Origin: Ruditapes philippinarum
Lineage: Eukaryota
Direction of reading: 5' to 3'
DNA length: 64,000 nt
Assembly: GCF_026571515.1 (NCBI RefSeq)
Contig: NW_026862309.1
Location: forward strand, 186,001 to 250,000
Shown: piece after piece, positions 40,433-57,851 of the stretch
Layout: each line of letters starts with the position of its first letter
Position numbering within the stretch: position 1 is the stretch's first letter
The notes under the pieces: model-generated
Told to the model about the DNA's origin: nothing
The model's input: the letters and a program-made list of their open reading frames with translations, nothing else
The model's database searches: none
Translations under genes and position numbers: made by a program

Positions 40433-41833
40433 TTATTATCCCCCGCCGATGGAATCTCGGGAGGGGGATATAGTTTTGGCGTTGTCCGTCCGTCTGTCCG
40501 TCCTTCCTTCCGCCCGTCCGTCCGTCCGAATTTCGTTTCCGGAGTAGTTCTCTGCAACTACTGGCTGGAATTCAACGAAACTTTATGGGAATCATCAATA
40601 TCAAGAGGAGATGCGCATCTGACCGTCCATCCGTCCGTCTGTCTGTACGAATTTAGTTTCCGGAGTAGTTCTCTGCAACTACTGGCTGGAATTCAACGAA
40701 ACTTTATGGGAATCATCAATATCAAGAGGAGATGCGCATATCGTCGGCTTGTTCCGGTCAGACACTTTAACTCAGAGTTATTGCCCTTGATTAGTTATGT
40801 AGTATGCATATAGAGTAAAAATCGTTTCCGCGCTACTTCTCTGCAACTACTGGCTGGAATTCAACAAAACTATGGGAATCATCAATACCAAGAGGAGATG
40901 CGCATATCATCGGCTTGTTCCGGTCAGACACTTTAACTCGGAGTTATGGCCCTTGATTAGTTATGCAGTATGCATATGGAGTAAAAATCGTTTCCGCGCT
41001 ACTTCTCTGCAACTACTGGCTGGAATTCAACGAACTTTATGGGAAACCTTCAATACCAAGAGGAGATGCGCATGTCGTCGGCTTGTTTGGGTCAGACACT
41101 TTTACTCAAAGTTATGGCCCTTGATTAGTTATGCAATATGCATATGGAGTAAAAATCAATTCCAGAGTAGTTCTCTGCAACTACTGGCTGGAATTCAACG
41201 AAACTTTATGGGAATCATCAATATCAAGAGGAGATGCACATATCGTCGACTTGTTCCGGTCAGACCCTTTAACTCAGAGTTATGGCCCTTGATTAGTTAT
41301 GTAGTATGCATATAGAGTAAAAATCGTTTCCGCACTACTTCTCTGCAACTACTGGCTGGAATTCAACAAAACTTTATGGGAACCTCCAATACCAAGAGGA
41401 GATGCGCATATCAACGGCTTGTTCCGGTCAGACACTTTAACTCAGAGTTATGGCCCTTGATTAGTTATGCAGTATCCATATAGAAAAATATGTTCCTCAC
41501 TACTTCTCTGCTACCACCGGCTGGAATTCAATGAAACTTTATGGGATACTAAGAGGAGATGTGCATATAGTCGCCTTGTTCCAGTCAGATACTTATAACT
41601 CAGATTTATGGCCCTTGATTAGTTATGTAGTATGCATATATATCATTGGCATTTCCAGATTTTACTATTTAACACAAAGTTATGGCTCTGTTATTTCCCT
41701 GAATATTTATCAAGTTCAAAGAATATTACTGTTTATGCCATGATTAATATATAAATAAAGCCTTATGTCTTCAGTTGTTGTGTTAATAATAACCAGTACT
41801 CGGCGGGGGATTTAATTCAACGAATTTGCTTGT
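40433..41833 (+). mobile_element. Helentron/HINE-like element with about 6-7 tandem ~168-bp repeats
   Basis: SubTIR TCCCCCGCCGA/TCGGCGGGGGA, (GTCC)n, GGCTGGAATTCAAC periodicity, CTTGTT end. Confidence 0.8.
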
Positions 41834-42184
41834 TTGCATATCTATGTGTTAAACAATGAGAACTTGTATCACTTGACCATGGTCTTAAATAGAGAAAGAT
41901 TGTACATGTATTGACTTCTTGTTTTAATTTCTGTTTGGGCGAGGTCAAACATTAAAGGGAGTATAATACGAATTATACTCTAGCCCATCCTCTCAATAAA
42001 TGAAAATGTCAATCTACACACGTTCGTTTACTCTACTCTTAAAAAGAAATTGTTTGTATAGTCACAATATTGGTCATTACCGGTGTCATATCTGTCCAGA
42101 CAATAGATACTAATAACTGTTTGTGATATATTAGTCAATTTGGACAGTCTATTAAATCAATATAAGGTATTCCTGTTAAAATGT

Positions 42185-43830
42185 TCTTCTATACGCTTGT
42201 ACTACTGATATTTCACTAGTATATAAAATAATAATGTGATAATCGGCCCGCAAAATGAATAATGGCCCCCGAGGGCTTCAGCCCGAGGGCATTATTCATT
42301 TCAGGGCCGATTATCACCTTCCGGCCCTACTCTGACGTGTATTAATGTCTTTAATACACTTGATCTAATAGTAGCATTAAAAAAAAACAACAACAACAAA
42401 TACTTTGAAGTTCTTTCGTTGAAATTCTTGTCTACACTTCTGAAATTCTTGTCTACACTTCTAGAGTCACCGTACCAGTGCTCAACCAGTTTTTCACAAA
42501 ATCACATAAAAACTCTTTCAGAACAAAAGGTTTGCTGGGAAACTTATTTTTGTTACAAAGTTGGACCTTTCAAACTCACAATAAGCTAAAGCGTTTTAAT
42601 AAAACAGATTAGGATACAATTTACCACGGAGTTGTATATAGGGTATAAAACCACTATATTTTTCAGACAACCAAACCAGTGCTCGACCAGGTGGTTTTAT
42701 CTTTATCAGAACTTTTATTTCTTAAAAACAGATATGACTTTTTAAGTTCAACAATTCTATTTCAAAAATAGTTTGAAACATTTATGTTTTAGTGTCTATA
42801 GATGAAAATATGAGAGCAAATATGATACAAAGGAAATGCTATACATTGACAAATAAAATGTTTATAACAGTGTATAAGAGTTTTGGAATTTGCATATACT
42901 GGGGTGTTTGAGATTACTTATTCTCATATTTTTTTTTACTAAATCATTCTGCAAACATAGTTAAGTGTGATAATTGGTGTAATATACAAATTGTCTACGC
43001 TTTAAGTGGTGTGTTCCCGATTTTTTTCCGTACAGCTGCCATATTTGTTTACATGTTCATAGCCCCTGCCTTTTATGGAAAGCAGGGTTTTGATAATTTT
43101 TGAACACCTTTCCTATGGAAATCAATTGGAGTCATAAAAGTAAAGGCAATTTAACAAAGTATTGTCCACATTTGCCCTAAATTATCATTATTTCAGTGTT
43201 TTAAATAGTTTTTACTACTACTTGTATTATAGAATTGTATTTTTGTACTGTTTAATATTGTCTGAAAAATGGTCAATCTTCTACCAAACTTGGAGTACTT
43301 GTACATGGTGTAGAGGTTACAGGTCAGGTACAAATAGCACACACAAACTCCCAGGGTTTTTTCACTTTAATGCATAAATCATACACAAATAGAAGTATTG
43401 GTCGAGCACTGGGCTGGTCGAGCACAGGTACTGTGACTCTACTGTTCTGTACAGAGATGTTTACTGTTTGTATGTTCAAAGCAGTAGAATCTAGAAGCAA
43501 GTTTTATTTTCATTTTTTCGGAATGAATTTGTCGTATTATTTCTTCAAATTTCAATAGTAACAAAAATGTGTTTGTACTAAATACGCTTAAGCTCTCATA
43601 ATAAAAATAAAGCGATTCGTGCTGACAACCTACTTTCACTTTTACAGTTAACTGTTTGATGACGTAAAATATGACGTCATTGTTTCAGTGTGTGCACGTG
43701 CACATGTTCTGCGGGCTGATAACTAGTTCTCGGCCCCGGGCCGCAAACACATAATAGGTCACGTGACACTCATAATCAGTTGAAATCATGGGCAATTTTG
43801 TTACTATATATAGTAACAAGTGTAATAATT
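42185..43830. mobile_element. Possible Crypton-like non-autonomous element hosting the 42462-43441 MITE
   Basis: Weak terminal inverted similarity (TATACGCTTGTACTACT / TAGTAACAAGTGTAATAA) and an internal hairpin around CCCGAGGGCTTCAGCCCGAGGG. Confidence 0.3.
42462..43441. mobile_element. ~980-bp non-autonomous TIR DNA element (superfamily not assigned)
   Basis: 28-bp TIR TAGAGTCACCGTACCAGTGCTCAACCAG / CTGGTCGAGCACAGGTACTGTGACTCTA, with repeated CCAGTGCTCGACCA motifs. Confidence 0.75.
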
Positions 43831-44208
43831 ATCTTTTCTACCACTATCTGGCATACTAAATATCGTTATGTTCGAACATCATAATTAATTGATTACGGTG
43901 TAACATAATTTCATAAAATCTTTATTAAATGAGCTGGAACACTTTGTGTCAAGTTAATAACTAGTTTTCAACACACGGAAATGAAATATTTCAGTCAGCC
44001 AACTAACTCCAACTGTGCACCACACACAGTCCCCCTACAAAAGAAAACAGTGCAACCGGTTAATGTGAGGAATCTTTTTTAATTCGTGTACACTATATAC
44101 ATATACTGTAAAAACATTATTACATATTCAAATAATAAATATGATTTACAACATATACAGAATATTTAATTACAGTTTATCATCTTATATTTATATTCCG
44201 TGCCATGA

Positions 44209-47200
44209 CTAAATTCTGCTTCCTGCTTCACAAGTATTAATTCTTCTGTGTGTGGAATATCAAATAAGACTGGTGTCCGCCCTTTAAGCTCAATAGGGAG
44301 AGCATCGAATTTGTAATCTAGAGGTCGTTGGTCTGATCCTCTGTCTAGTCGAAACTTTTCCGTGATAATTGATCTCGGACATTGTTTCTAATGGCCATTT
44401 GTCTATTGAGAAATCATGTGGAATTTGGAGTTGCTGACTAGCGTAGAAATTGGTAATTAGTTATTAATTATTATTGGTTAGTTATTCAGTCTTAAATGGA
44501 CCGACCGGCGTTTTATGACAATAAATGATAAAACCAATATAATGCGTTTGCGATCAGCATGGATCCAGACCAGCCTGCGCATCCGCGCAGTCTTATCCGT
44601 GCTGTTCGCTTACAAATGCTATAACAAGTAGAGAAGCTAATAGCGAACAGCATGGATCCTGATCAGACTGCGCGAATGCGCAGGCTGGTCTGGATCCCTG
44701 CTGGTCGCAAACGCATTATGTTGGTTTTGTCATGGCGCGGCTCAAATGTGTTAAAATCGGCGTAAAACCAAAGCAAAAGATAGGACAAAAAGGCGTAATG
44801 ATACTTTGATGAGAGAAATATTCTTACCGTCTCTCGCAAATTGGATAGAAGTTACCTAAACAACTATAGTCTGCCCATTTAAATGCTAGTGGTAGCCAGA
44901 AAATAGCACAGTCTTCAGTTGTCGTTTGGTCTTGTCCTGGGTACCAGTCTGTACAAAATTTTATATGAAATCTTTCTCAGATAATTCAAATTTGTTTCTC
45001 TATACATATTTCAATAAATTCTTGTGAACTATTCTGCCAACTCTGAGATGGCAATATTTCTTCAGTAGTGTTTTTGTCACATTCTTAATTCATAAGCAGC
45101 GTATAGGAATTATAAGAAATGATTACATCATATTTCTTTGCTCTTAATGATTAAGTTCATGCGATTCTTTCTATATATGTTTTAGATTTACAAACCCGAG
45201 AAATGAACATATTCTTTCGTATCGAACCATATCCATGTTCCTTCTATTAGCTCATCAGACATACCAATCCACCAGTTTCTTACTGCAAGTAGTGCAACAA
45301 ATATTTACTAATAGAAGGTAGACAGTCCTTCAGTTTTCTTTAATATATGTATATATATTGTTTGATGCATTTGTTTATTTGGTCCCCTATATAGCTCTTA
45401 CATATACGTCCGGTGGTATACACACATACATTCATTTATACATTTAAAGTGGATTGGCCAATAATGGAGGTCTGTCATAAATAATTATGTTGATAGTATT
45501 TATAATAACTGATATTATTTTAAATTGTCTTAGAACTAAATACTATTATTACTCATATAAATCTTCATTTTAAATCACATAAACTTATCGCCATTTTTTT
45601 CAAGACGCATAAGAATATCCAAAATTTAATGATACATTTCTATTATTTTTCGCAATATTGATAATGTGCGCACTGCATCTAGACTAATCCACTTTAAAAT
45701 CTTTTCCTATCTTTCAAATCCCCCCTTAAAGTAATTAAATGTTTCAAATAATCATTGATAAACATGTATAACTTACGTTGTAGTTGTTTAAGATGATCTT
45801 TTATGAACTCATTTTCTCCTGAAGATTCTACATGTATCAAGTGACTGTTGTTTTGACGACAAAAGTTCTGTTAACATTGATAAAATAAGTCAAATACTCA
45901 ATACTGAATTTAAATAACATGCTGAAAGGGCTTAATTACACCAATAAGTCCACCTGTAGTTACCTGAGATAAATAATGCCTCAGTCAATTGTAAACTACG
46001 GCCCCAGTCCTCGGAGATTTAGCGGGATATTTGAATTTTGGATTTTAAAGCCTCTAGTAAAAGCCCCGTCCTGCGCGGGCATTGTATGGAAAAATCCCGA
46101 CAAAAAGCACGCGGACTGTGACTTAGCCATATCTGCGGCCATGTAAGTGTCAAAATAGTCCCTTCATCCCTCCCTGCTTCCTCACTGACTGGGGATACAA
46201 TTGCTAAGCGTGTTACCCCCCTCCCCCACCCGGTGATTTAGTGTGTTGAACTTTAATCATCGTCCCCTCATATCTGTTGAAATGAAGAACGCCTGATGAC
46301 TTCCTCCGCCTATAAAACTGTAACATCGCCATGTATCATTTCCTACTTTGCATTGTGTTACTTAGTTACTTAAAAACAGGGAGTGTAATATGTTAATTTC
46401 CGTTATGATAAAGGATTGCATCCAAATGTGTTTTCAATTAATGATTAATTTACTTAATGAAATGAAAATAGGATGTAAACCTCGGCTTCTGTGAAATCAA
46501 AGGCGGTCTGTCCAAACATGTAGCAGGATCCTTCAAACGGTAACCAACCATCTGTACAAGTGGTTGTACCTTAAACAGAGAAATGTCTGTCTTGTTTCGT
46601 GCTTACCTTGCTGTTTTTGTTTCTACTGTAATAAAAATTCCCGTTGAAAAACAAATTCATACTCATTTTTATAAACTTCCGAACAATAATAGCCCTGATT
46701 ATTAGAATAGATATATAGATTACAATATCAGGTTTTAACTTCTAAATACATTTTTGTATAATTTTGTCTCCTAGACAAATAAAATGCAAATTTTAAACTT
46801 TTAAATATACATTAAATATTCACTATGCACAAAAATAGGCCAATATAACTTTTACGACACTGTGTTTTATAAAGCCATTTGTTTTATTCTTATATATCAG
46901 ACTGGAATTCTTGACCCCGCGTGTAAGATGGCTTGCGTGCACCGACGGGAATATCTGATTTAACATTTTCCTACCCGTGGGCCTATTCCAACAAAGATAC
47001 TTATATGAACCGTTGAGTCGTTATTTTATCAGTCATGTTTTTTTCTGATATATTGTATAGTCGTGAAAATTAGAAATAATCTTACCAGGTATTTTCTCAG
47101 GTGGTTCTTGTGTAAAATATCTTCTTTCCAAACATTCTTTAATTAAAAAAATAATATTCTCCATCAGAACAACAACAACAAAAGCAAGTGGTTATATTAT

Positions 47201-47408
47201 GAGTAAGAACTTTTATGGCAAGTTTTCCGAATAGGTGGAAATCATATAAACATTCTTTTTATCTGTATTTATTTGTAGTTAATCATCTCTAGATTTTAAA
47301 ATGTGATCTGAAGATTTATAGTGAAATGAAATAAAAAGAAATCAAATGTGTCCTACCTTTGCCGATGAAAAGTAAGAGGAACAGTAAAGCTTTCAATATT
47401 AAAGTCAT
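44209..47408 (-). CDS. Secreted single-domain C-type lectin (perlucin-like), about 175 aa; exons 47408-47357, 47136-47086, 46569-46481, 45867-45777, 45282-45196, 44948-44828, probable last exon 44245-44209
   Basis: Signal peptide MTLILKALLFLLLFIG; CTDGWLPFEGSCYMF, FCRQNNSHL, WWIGMSD..EGTWIW, DWYPGQDQ..EDCA, WADYSC..PICE; all in phase with GT-AG. The last exon is uncertain. Confidence 0.85.
44278..44775 (+). mobile_element. Decayed tRNA-derived SINE (second family), interrupted by foldback MITE copy B (about 44525-44744)
   Basis: tRNA-like head AGCTCAATAGGGAGAGC..GGTCTGATCC. Body GTAGAAATTGGTAATTA is shared with relics at about 4930-5150 and 19060-19330. Confidence 0.6.
45448..45693. mobile_element. 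Kolobok-like MITE in a lectin intron
   Basis: TTAA-AGTGGATTGGCC...GACTAATCCACT-TTAA. Confidence 0.55.
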
Positions 47409-47547
47409 TGTTAATTCAACAAAATTTTAATCTATTTATTGTGCTCCATTCAAACAGGTCAGTTTGATAAGCAATATAATACCGAATTATCTACGAACAT
47501 ATATATGTTCATTTATGACCTGCCGTATGCATGGAATCTCTTACATT

Positions 47548-50500
47548 ATACCAGGACAAATACGACCCTCACTACATCAAAACAATATCTAACACTGGCT
47601 CGACTCTCACTACATCAGGACAATATCTAACACTGGCTCGACTCTCACTACACCAAGACAATATCTAACACTGGCTCGACTCTCACTACATCAAGACAAT
47701 ATCTAACACTGGCTCGACTCTCACTACACCAAGAAAATATCTAACACTGGCTCGACTCTTACTTCACCAAGACAATATCCAAAACTGGCGCGACTCTCAC
47801 TACATGAGGACAATATCTAACACTGGCTCGACTCTCACTACACCAGGACAATATCTAACACTGGCTCGACTCCCACTACAACAAGACAATATCTAACACT
47901 GACTCGACTCTCACACTACACCAAGAAAAATATCCAATACTGGCTCGACTCTCACTACATGAGGACAATATCTAACACTGGCTCCACTCTCACTACACCA
48001 AGACAATATCTAACACTGGCTCGACTCCCACTACAACAAGACAATATCTAACACTGGCTCGACTTTCACTACATCAAGACAATATCTAATACTGGTTCGA
48101 CTCTCACTACATCAAGATAATCTCTAACACTGGCTCGACTTTCAGTACAACAAGACAATATTTAACACTGGCTCGACTCTCACTACACCAAGACAATATC
48201 CAATACTGGCTCGACTTTCACTACATCAAGACAATATCCAACACTGGATCGACTTTCACTACACCAAGACAATATCAAACACTGGGCTCGACTCTCACTA
48301 CACCAAGACAATATCTAACACTGGCTCGACTCTCACTACACCAAGAAAATATCCAACACTGGCTCGACTCTCACTACATCAAGACAATATCTAACACTGG
48401 CTCGACTGTCACTACACCATGACAATATCTAAACTGGCTCGACTTTCACTACATCAAGACAATATCTAACACTGGCCTCGACTCTCACTACATCAAGACA
48501 ATATCTTACACTGGCTCGACTCTCACTACATCAAGACAATATCTAACACTGGCTCGACTCTCACTACACCAAGACAATATCCAACACTGGCTCGACTTTC
48601 ACTACATCAAGACAATATCTAACACTGGCTCGACTCTCACTACACCAAGACAATATCCAAAACTGGCTCGACTTCCACTACATCAAGACAATATCTAACA
48701 CTGGCTCGACTCTCACTACACCAAGACAATATCCAGCACTGGCTCGACTTTCACTACATCAAGACAATATCTAACACTGGCTCGATTCTCACCACACCAA
48801 GACAATATCTAACACTGGCTCGACTCTCACTACACCAAGACAATATCTAACACTGGCTCGACTCTCACTACATCAAGACAATATCTAACACTGGCTCGAC
48901 TCTCACTACACCAAAACAATATCTAACACTGGCTCGACTCTCACTACACCAAGACAATATCTAAACACTGGCTCGACTTTCACTACATCAAGAAAATATC
49001 CACCACTGGCTCGACTCTCACTACATCAAGACAATATCTAAAACTGGCTCCACTCTCACTACACCAGGACAATATCTAACACTGGATCGACATTCACTAC
49101 GCAAAGACAATATCTAAAACTGGATCGACTCTCACTACACCAGGACAATATCTAACACTGGCTCGACTCTCACTACATCAAGACAATATCCAACACTGGC
49201 TCGACTCTCAGTACACCAATACAATATCTAACACTGGCTCGACTCTCACTACATAAAGACAATATCTAACACTGGCTCGACTCTCACTACACCAAGAAAA
49301 TATCCAACACTGGCTCGACTCTCACTACATCAAGACAATATCTAACACTGGCTCGACTGTCACTACACCATGACAATATCTAAACTGGCTCGACTTTCAC
49401 TACATCAAGACAATATCTAACACTGGCTCGACTCTCACTACATCAAGACAATATCTTACACTGGCTCGACTCTCACTACATCAAGACAATATCTAACACT
49501 GGCTCGACTCTCACTACACCAAGACAATATCCAACACTGGCTCGACTTTCACTACATCAAGACAATATCTTAACACTGGCTCGACTCTCACTACACCAAG
49601 ACAATATCCAAAACTGGCTCGACTTCCACTACATCAAGACAATATCTAAACACTGGCTCGACTCTCACTACACCAAGACAATATCCAGCACTGGCTCGAC
49701 TTTCACTACATCAAGACAATATCTAACACTGGCTCGACTCTCACTACACCAAGACAATATCTAACACTGGCTCGACTCTCACTACATCAAGACAATATCT
49801 AACACTGGCTCGACTCTCACTACATCAAGACAATATCTAACACTGGCTCGACTCTCACTACACCAAGACAATATCTAACACTGGCTCGACTCTCACTACA
49901 CCAAGACAATATCTAACACTGGCTCGACTTTCACTACATCAAGAAAATATCCACCACTGGCTCCACTCTCACTACATCAAGACAATATCTAAAACTGGCT
50001 CCACTCTCACTACATAAAGACAATATCTAACACTGGATCGACATTCACTACGCAAAGACAATATCTAAAACTGGATCGACTCTCACTACACCAGGACAAT
50101 ATCTAACACTGGCTCTGACTCTCACTACATCAAGACAATATCCAACACTGGCTCGACTCTCAGTTCACCAATACAATATCTAACACTGGCTCGACTGTCA
50201 CTACATAAAGACAATAATCTAACACTGGCTCGACATTCGATACACCAGGACAATATCTAACACAGGCTCGACTCTCACTACATCAAGACAATATCTAACA
50301 CTGACTCGACTCTTAGTACACCAAGACAATATCTAACACTGGCTCGACATTCGATACACCAGGACCATATCTAACACTGGCTCGACTCTCACTACATCAA
50401 GACAATATCTAACACTGACTCGGCTCTCAATACATCAAGACAATATCTAACACTGGCTCGACTTTCACTACATCAAGACAATATCCAACACTGGATCGGC

Positions 50501-53215
50501 TTTCAGTACACCAGGACAATCTCTAACACTGGCTCGACTCACACGATATCTGGCAAATATCTAACATTGACTCGACTCTCAGTATATCAAGACAATCTCT
50601 AACACTGGCTCGAATCTAAGTACATCAAGAGAATCCCTACCACTGGCTCGACTCTCAGTACACCAGGACAATATCTAACACTGGCTCGACTCTCACTACA
50701 TCAAGACAATATCTAACACTGGCTCGACTCTCACTACATCAATACAATATCTAACACTGTCTCGACATTCACTACACCAGGACAATATCTAACACTGACT
50801 CGACTTTCACTACACCAGGACAATATCCAACACTGGCTCGACTCTCTACACCAGGACAATATCTAACACTGGATCGACTGTCAGTACACCAGGACATTAT
50901 CTTACACAGGCTCGACTGTCAGTACACCAGGACAATATCTTACACTGGCTCGACTTTCACTACACCAGAACAACTAACACTGGATCGACTCTCTGTACAC
51001 CAGGACAATATCTAACACAGGCTCTACTCTCAGCACACCAGGACAATATCTAACACTGGCTCGGCTCTTAGTACACCAGGACAATATCTAACACTGGCTC
51101 GACTCTCAGTACACCAGGACAATATCTAACACAGGATCGACTCTTAGTACACCAGGACAATATCTAACACAGGCTCGACTGTCAGTACACCAGGACAATA
51201 TCTTACACAGGCTCGACTCTCAGTACACCAGGACAATATCTAACACAGGCTCGACGGTCAGTACACCAGGACAATATCTAACACTGGCTCGACTCTCAGT
51301 ACACCAGGACAATATCTAACAACACAGGCTCGACTCTCAGTACACCAGGACAATATCTAACACAGGCTTGACTCTCAGTACACCAGGACAATATCTAACA
51401 CAGGCTCGACTCTCAGTTCACCAGGGCAATATCTGACACAGGCTCGACTCTTAGTACACCAGGACAATATCTATCACTGGCTCGACTCTCACTACACCAG
51501 GACAATATATAACACTGGCTCGACTCTCAGTACAACAGGACAATATCTAACACAGGCTCGACTCTCACTACATCAAGACAATATCTGACACTGGCTCGAC
51601 TTTCACTACATCAAGACAATATCCAACACTGGCTCGACTCTCACTAAATAAAGACAATATCTAACACTGGCTCGACTCTCACTACATCAATATAATATCT
51701 AATACTTGCTCGACATTCACTACACAAGGACAATATCTAACATTGGGTCGACTCTCAGTTCACAAGGACAATATCTAACACTGGCTCGACTCTCACTACA
51801 TCAAGACAATATCTAACACTGGCTCGACTCTCACTACATCAAGATAATATCTAACACTGGCTCGACATTTTCCTTTCACCCCGGAAAAATATTAAAAACT
51901 TTGGGTTGAAATTTTTGAAAAAAGGAAAAATCTCTTAACATGGCTTTGCTACAGAAAATCAAGGGGCCAAAATATAACATTGGCTCGACTCTTAGTACAC
52001 CAGGACACTATCTAACACTGGCTCGACTCTCAGTACACCAGACAAATATCTAACACAAGCTCGACTCTTAGTACACCAGGACAATATCTCACACTGGCTC
52101 GACTCTCAGTACACCAGGACAATATCTATCACTGGCTCGACTCTCAGTACACCAGGACAATATCTAACACTGGCTTGACTCTCAATACACCAGGACAATA
52201 TCTAACACTGGCTCGACTCTCAGTACACCAGGACAATATCTAACACTACCTCGACTTTCAGTACACCAGACAAATATCTAACACTGGCTCGACTCTCAGT
52301 ACACCAGGACAATATCTAACACTGACTCGACTCTTAGTACACCAGGACAATATATAACACTGGCTCGACTCTCAGTACACCAGGACAATATCTAACACAG
52401 GCTCGACTCTTAGTACACCAGGACAATATCTAACACTGGCTCGACTCTCACTACAACAAGACAATAACACTGGCTCGACATTCACTACACCAGGACAATA
52501 TCTAACACTGACTTGACTTTCACTACACCAGGACAATATCTAACACTGGCTCGAATCTCAGTACACCAGGACAATATCTAACACTGGCTCGACTCTCACT
52601 ACATCAAGACAATAACACTGACTTGACTTTCACTACACCAGGACAATATCTAACACTGACTTGACTTTCACTACACCAGGCCAATATCTAACACTGGCTC
52701 TACTCTCTGTACACCAGGACAATATCCAACACTGGCTCGACCTACAGTACACCAGGACAATATCTTACACTGGCTCGACTGTCAGTACACCAGGACAATA
52801 TCTTACACTGGCTCGAATGTATGTCAGTACACCTGGACAATATCTATCACTGGCTCCACTTTCACTACACCAGGACAATATCTAACACTGGCTCGACTCT
52901 CACTACACCAAGACAATATCTAACACTGGCTCGACTCTCACTACACCAAGACAATATCTAACACTGGCTCGACTCTCACTACACCAGGACAATATCCAAC
53001 ACTGGCTCGACTCTCACTACACCAAGACAAATCTAACACTGGCTCGACTCTCACTACATCAAGACAATATCTAACACTGGCTCGACTCTCACTACACCAA
53101 GACAATATCTAACACTGGCTCGACTCTCACTACATCAAGACAATATGTAACACTGGCTCGACTCTCACTAAACCCAGATAAAATCTAACTCACTATACCA
53201 GGACAAAATCTAACA
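47548..53215. repeat. 38-bp tandem satellite/minisatellite, about 149 copies (ACACTGGCTCGACTCTCACTACACCAAGACAATATCTA)
   Basis: Head-to-tail 38-bp period (for example 47592 and 47630) with no unique spacers. Confidence 0.97.
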
Positions 53216-53875
53216 TTGCCTAAACCGTCTATTTGCATTCCATCTTCAATATATACTTGTATTCTTATGCAAATTATAAATAACTCGATTGATATTTACA
53301 ATTATGCACGGTCGAATGTTCCTGGAAAATTGCAGCTGTGCAGTGTTAATTATATAATGTGTGCCTTTTAAGTTATTAAGTATGTGTGCCTTTTAAGTCA
53401 TTAAGTGATCCAAACTTAAATAACTGTTTTGAGTGGAGAGTGGGGTTAATTTAAGCAGTTCGAATCAGTTCGTATCGTAACAAATGCGTGATATTCATGC
53501 ATATACATGATCAAAAACGGATAATCAATTCAACCAATTTTACGTTTCTTTATCATTATTTGGCAAAATCATTTTCCATTTGCCATTGAACACCTGGAAT
53601 AACTTGTTTAAAAAGTATTACTAGATGTTACCTTGGCTTAGCCATTGATGTTATTTCGATCTTTTTATTTCATTATAGAATACAAACATGCTTACATAAC
53701 CAAGGGCAAGAGCATAAATATCGCAACAGGCATAGTTACTCGAGATTATACATGTATATATGACTCATATACTTTGAAGTATCAATCAATCACCCAGGAA
53801 ATAAATTTCCGCTCGTCAATGTACGAAAATAACAAAGAAATAAAACACAATGCTCATAACCATTTTTCTTAATAT

Positions 53876-57851
<3,976 letters not shown>

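Noticed and set aside
51870-51980. Unique insert interrupting the satellite
   Set aside because: About three monomer lengths of homopolymer-rich, garbled repeat; most likely low-quality consensus.
47548-53215. CRISPR array
   Set aside because: The 38-bp units are contiguous with no unique spacers, there are no cas genes, and the context is eukaryotic.
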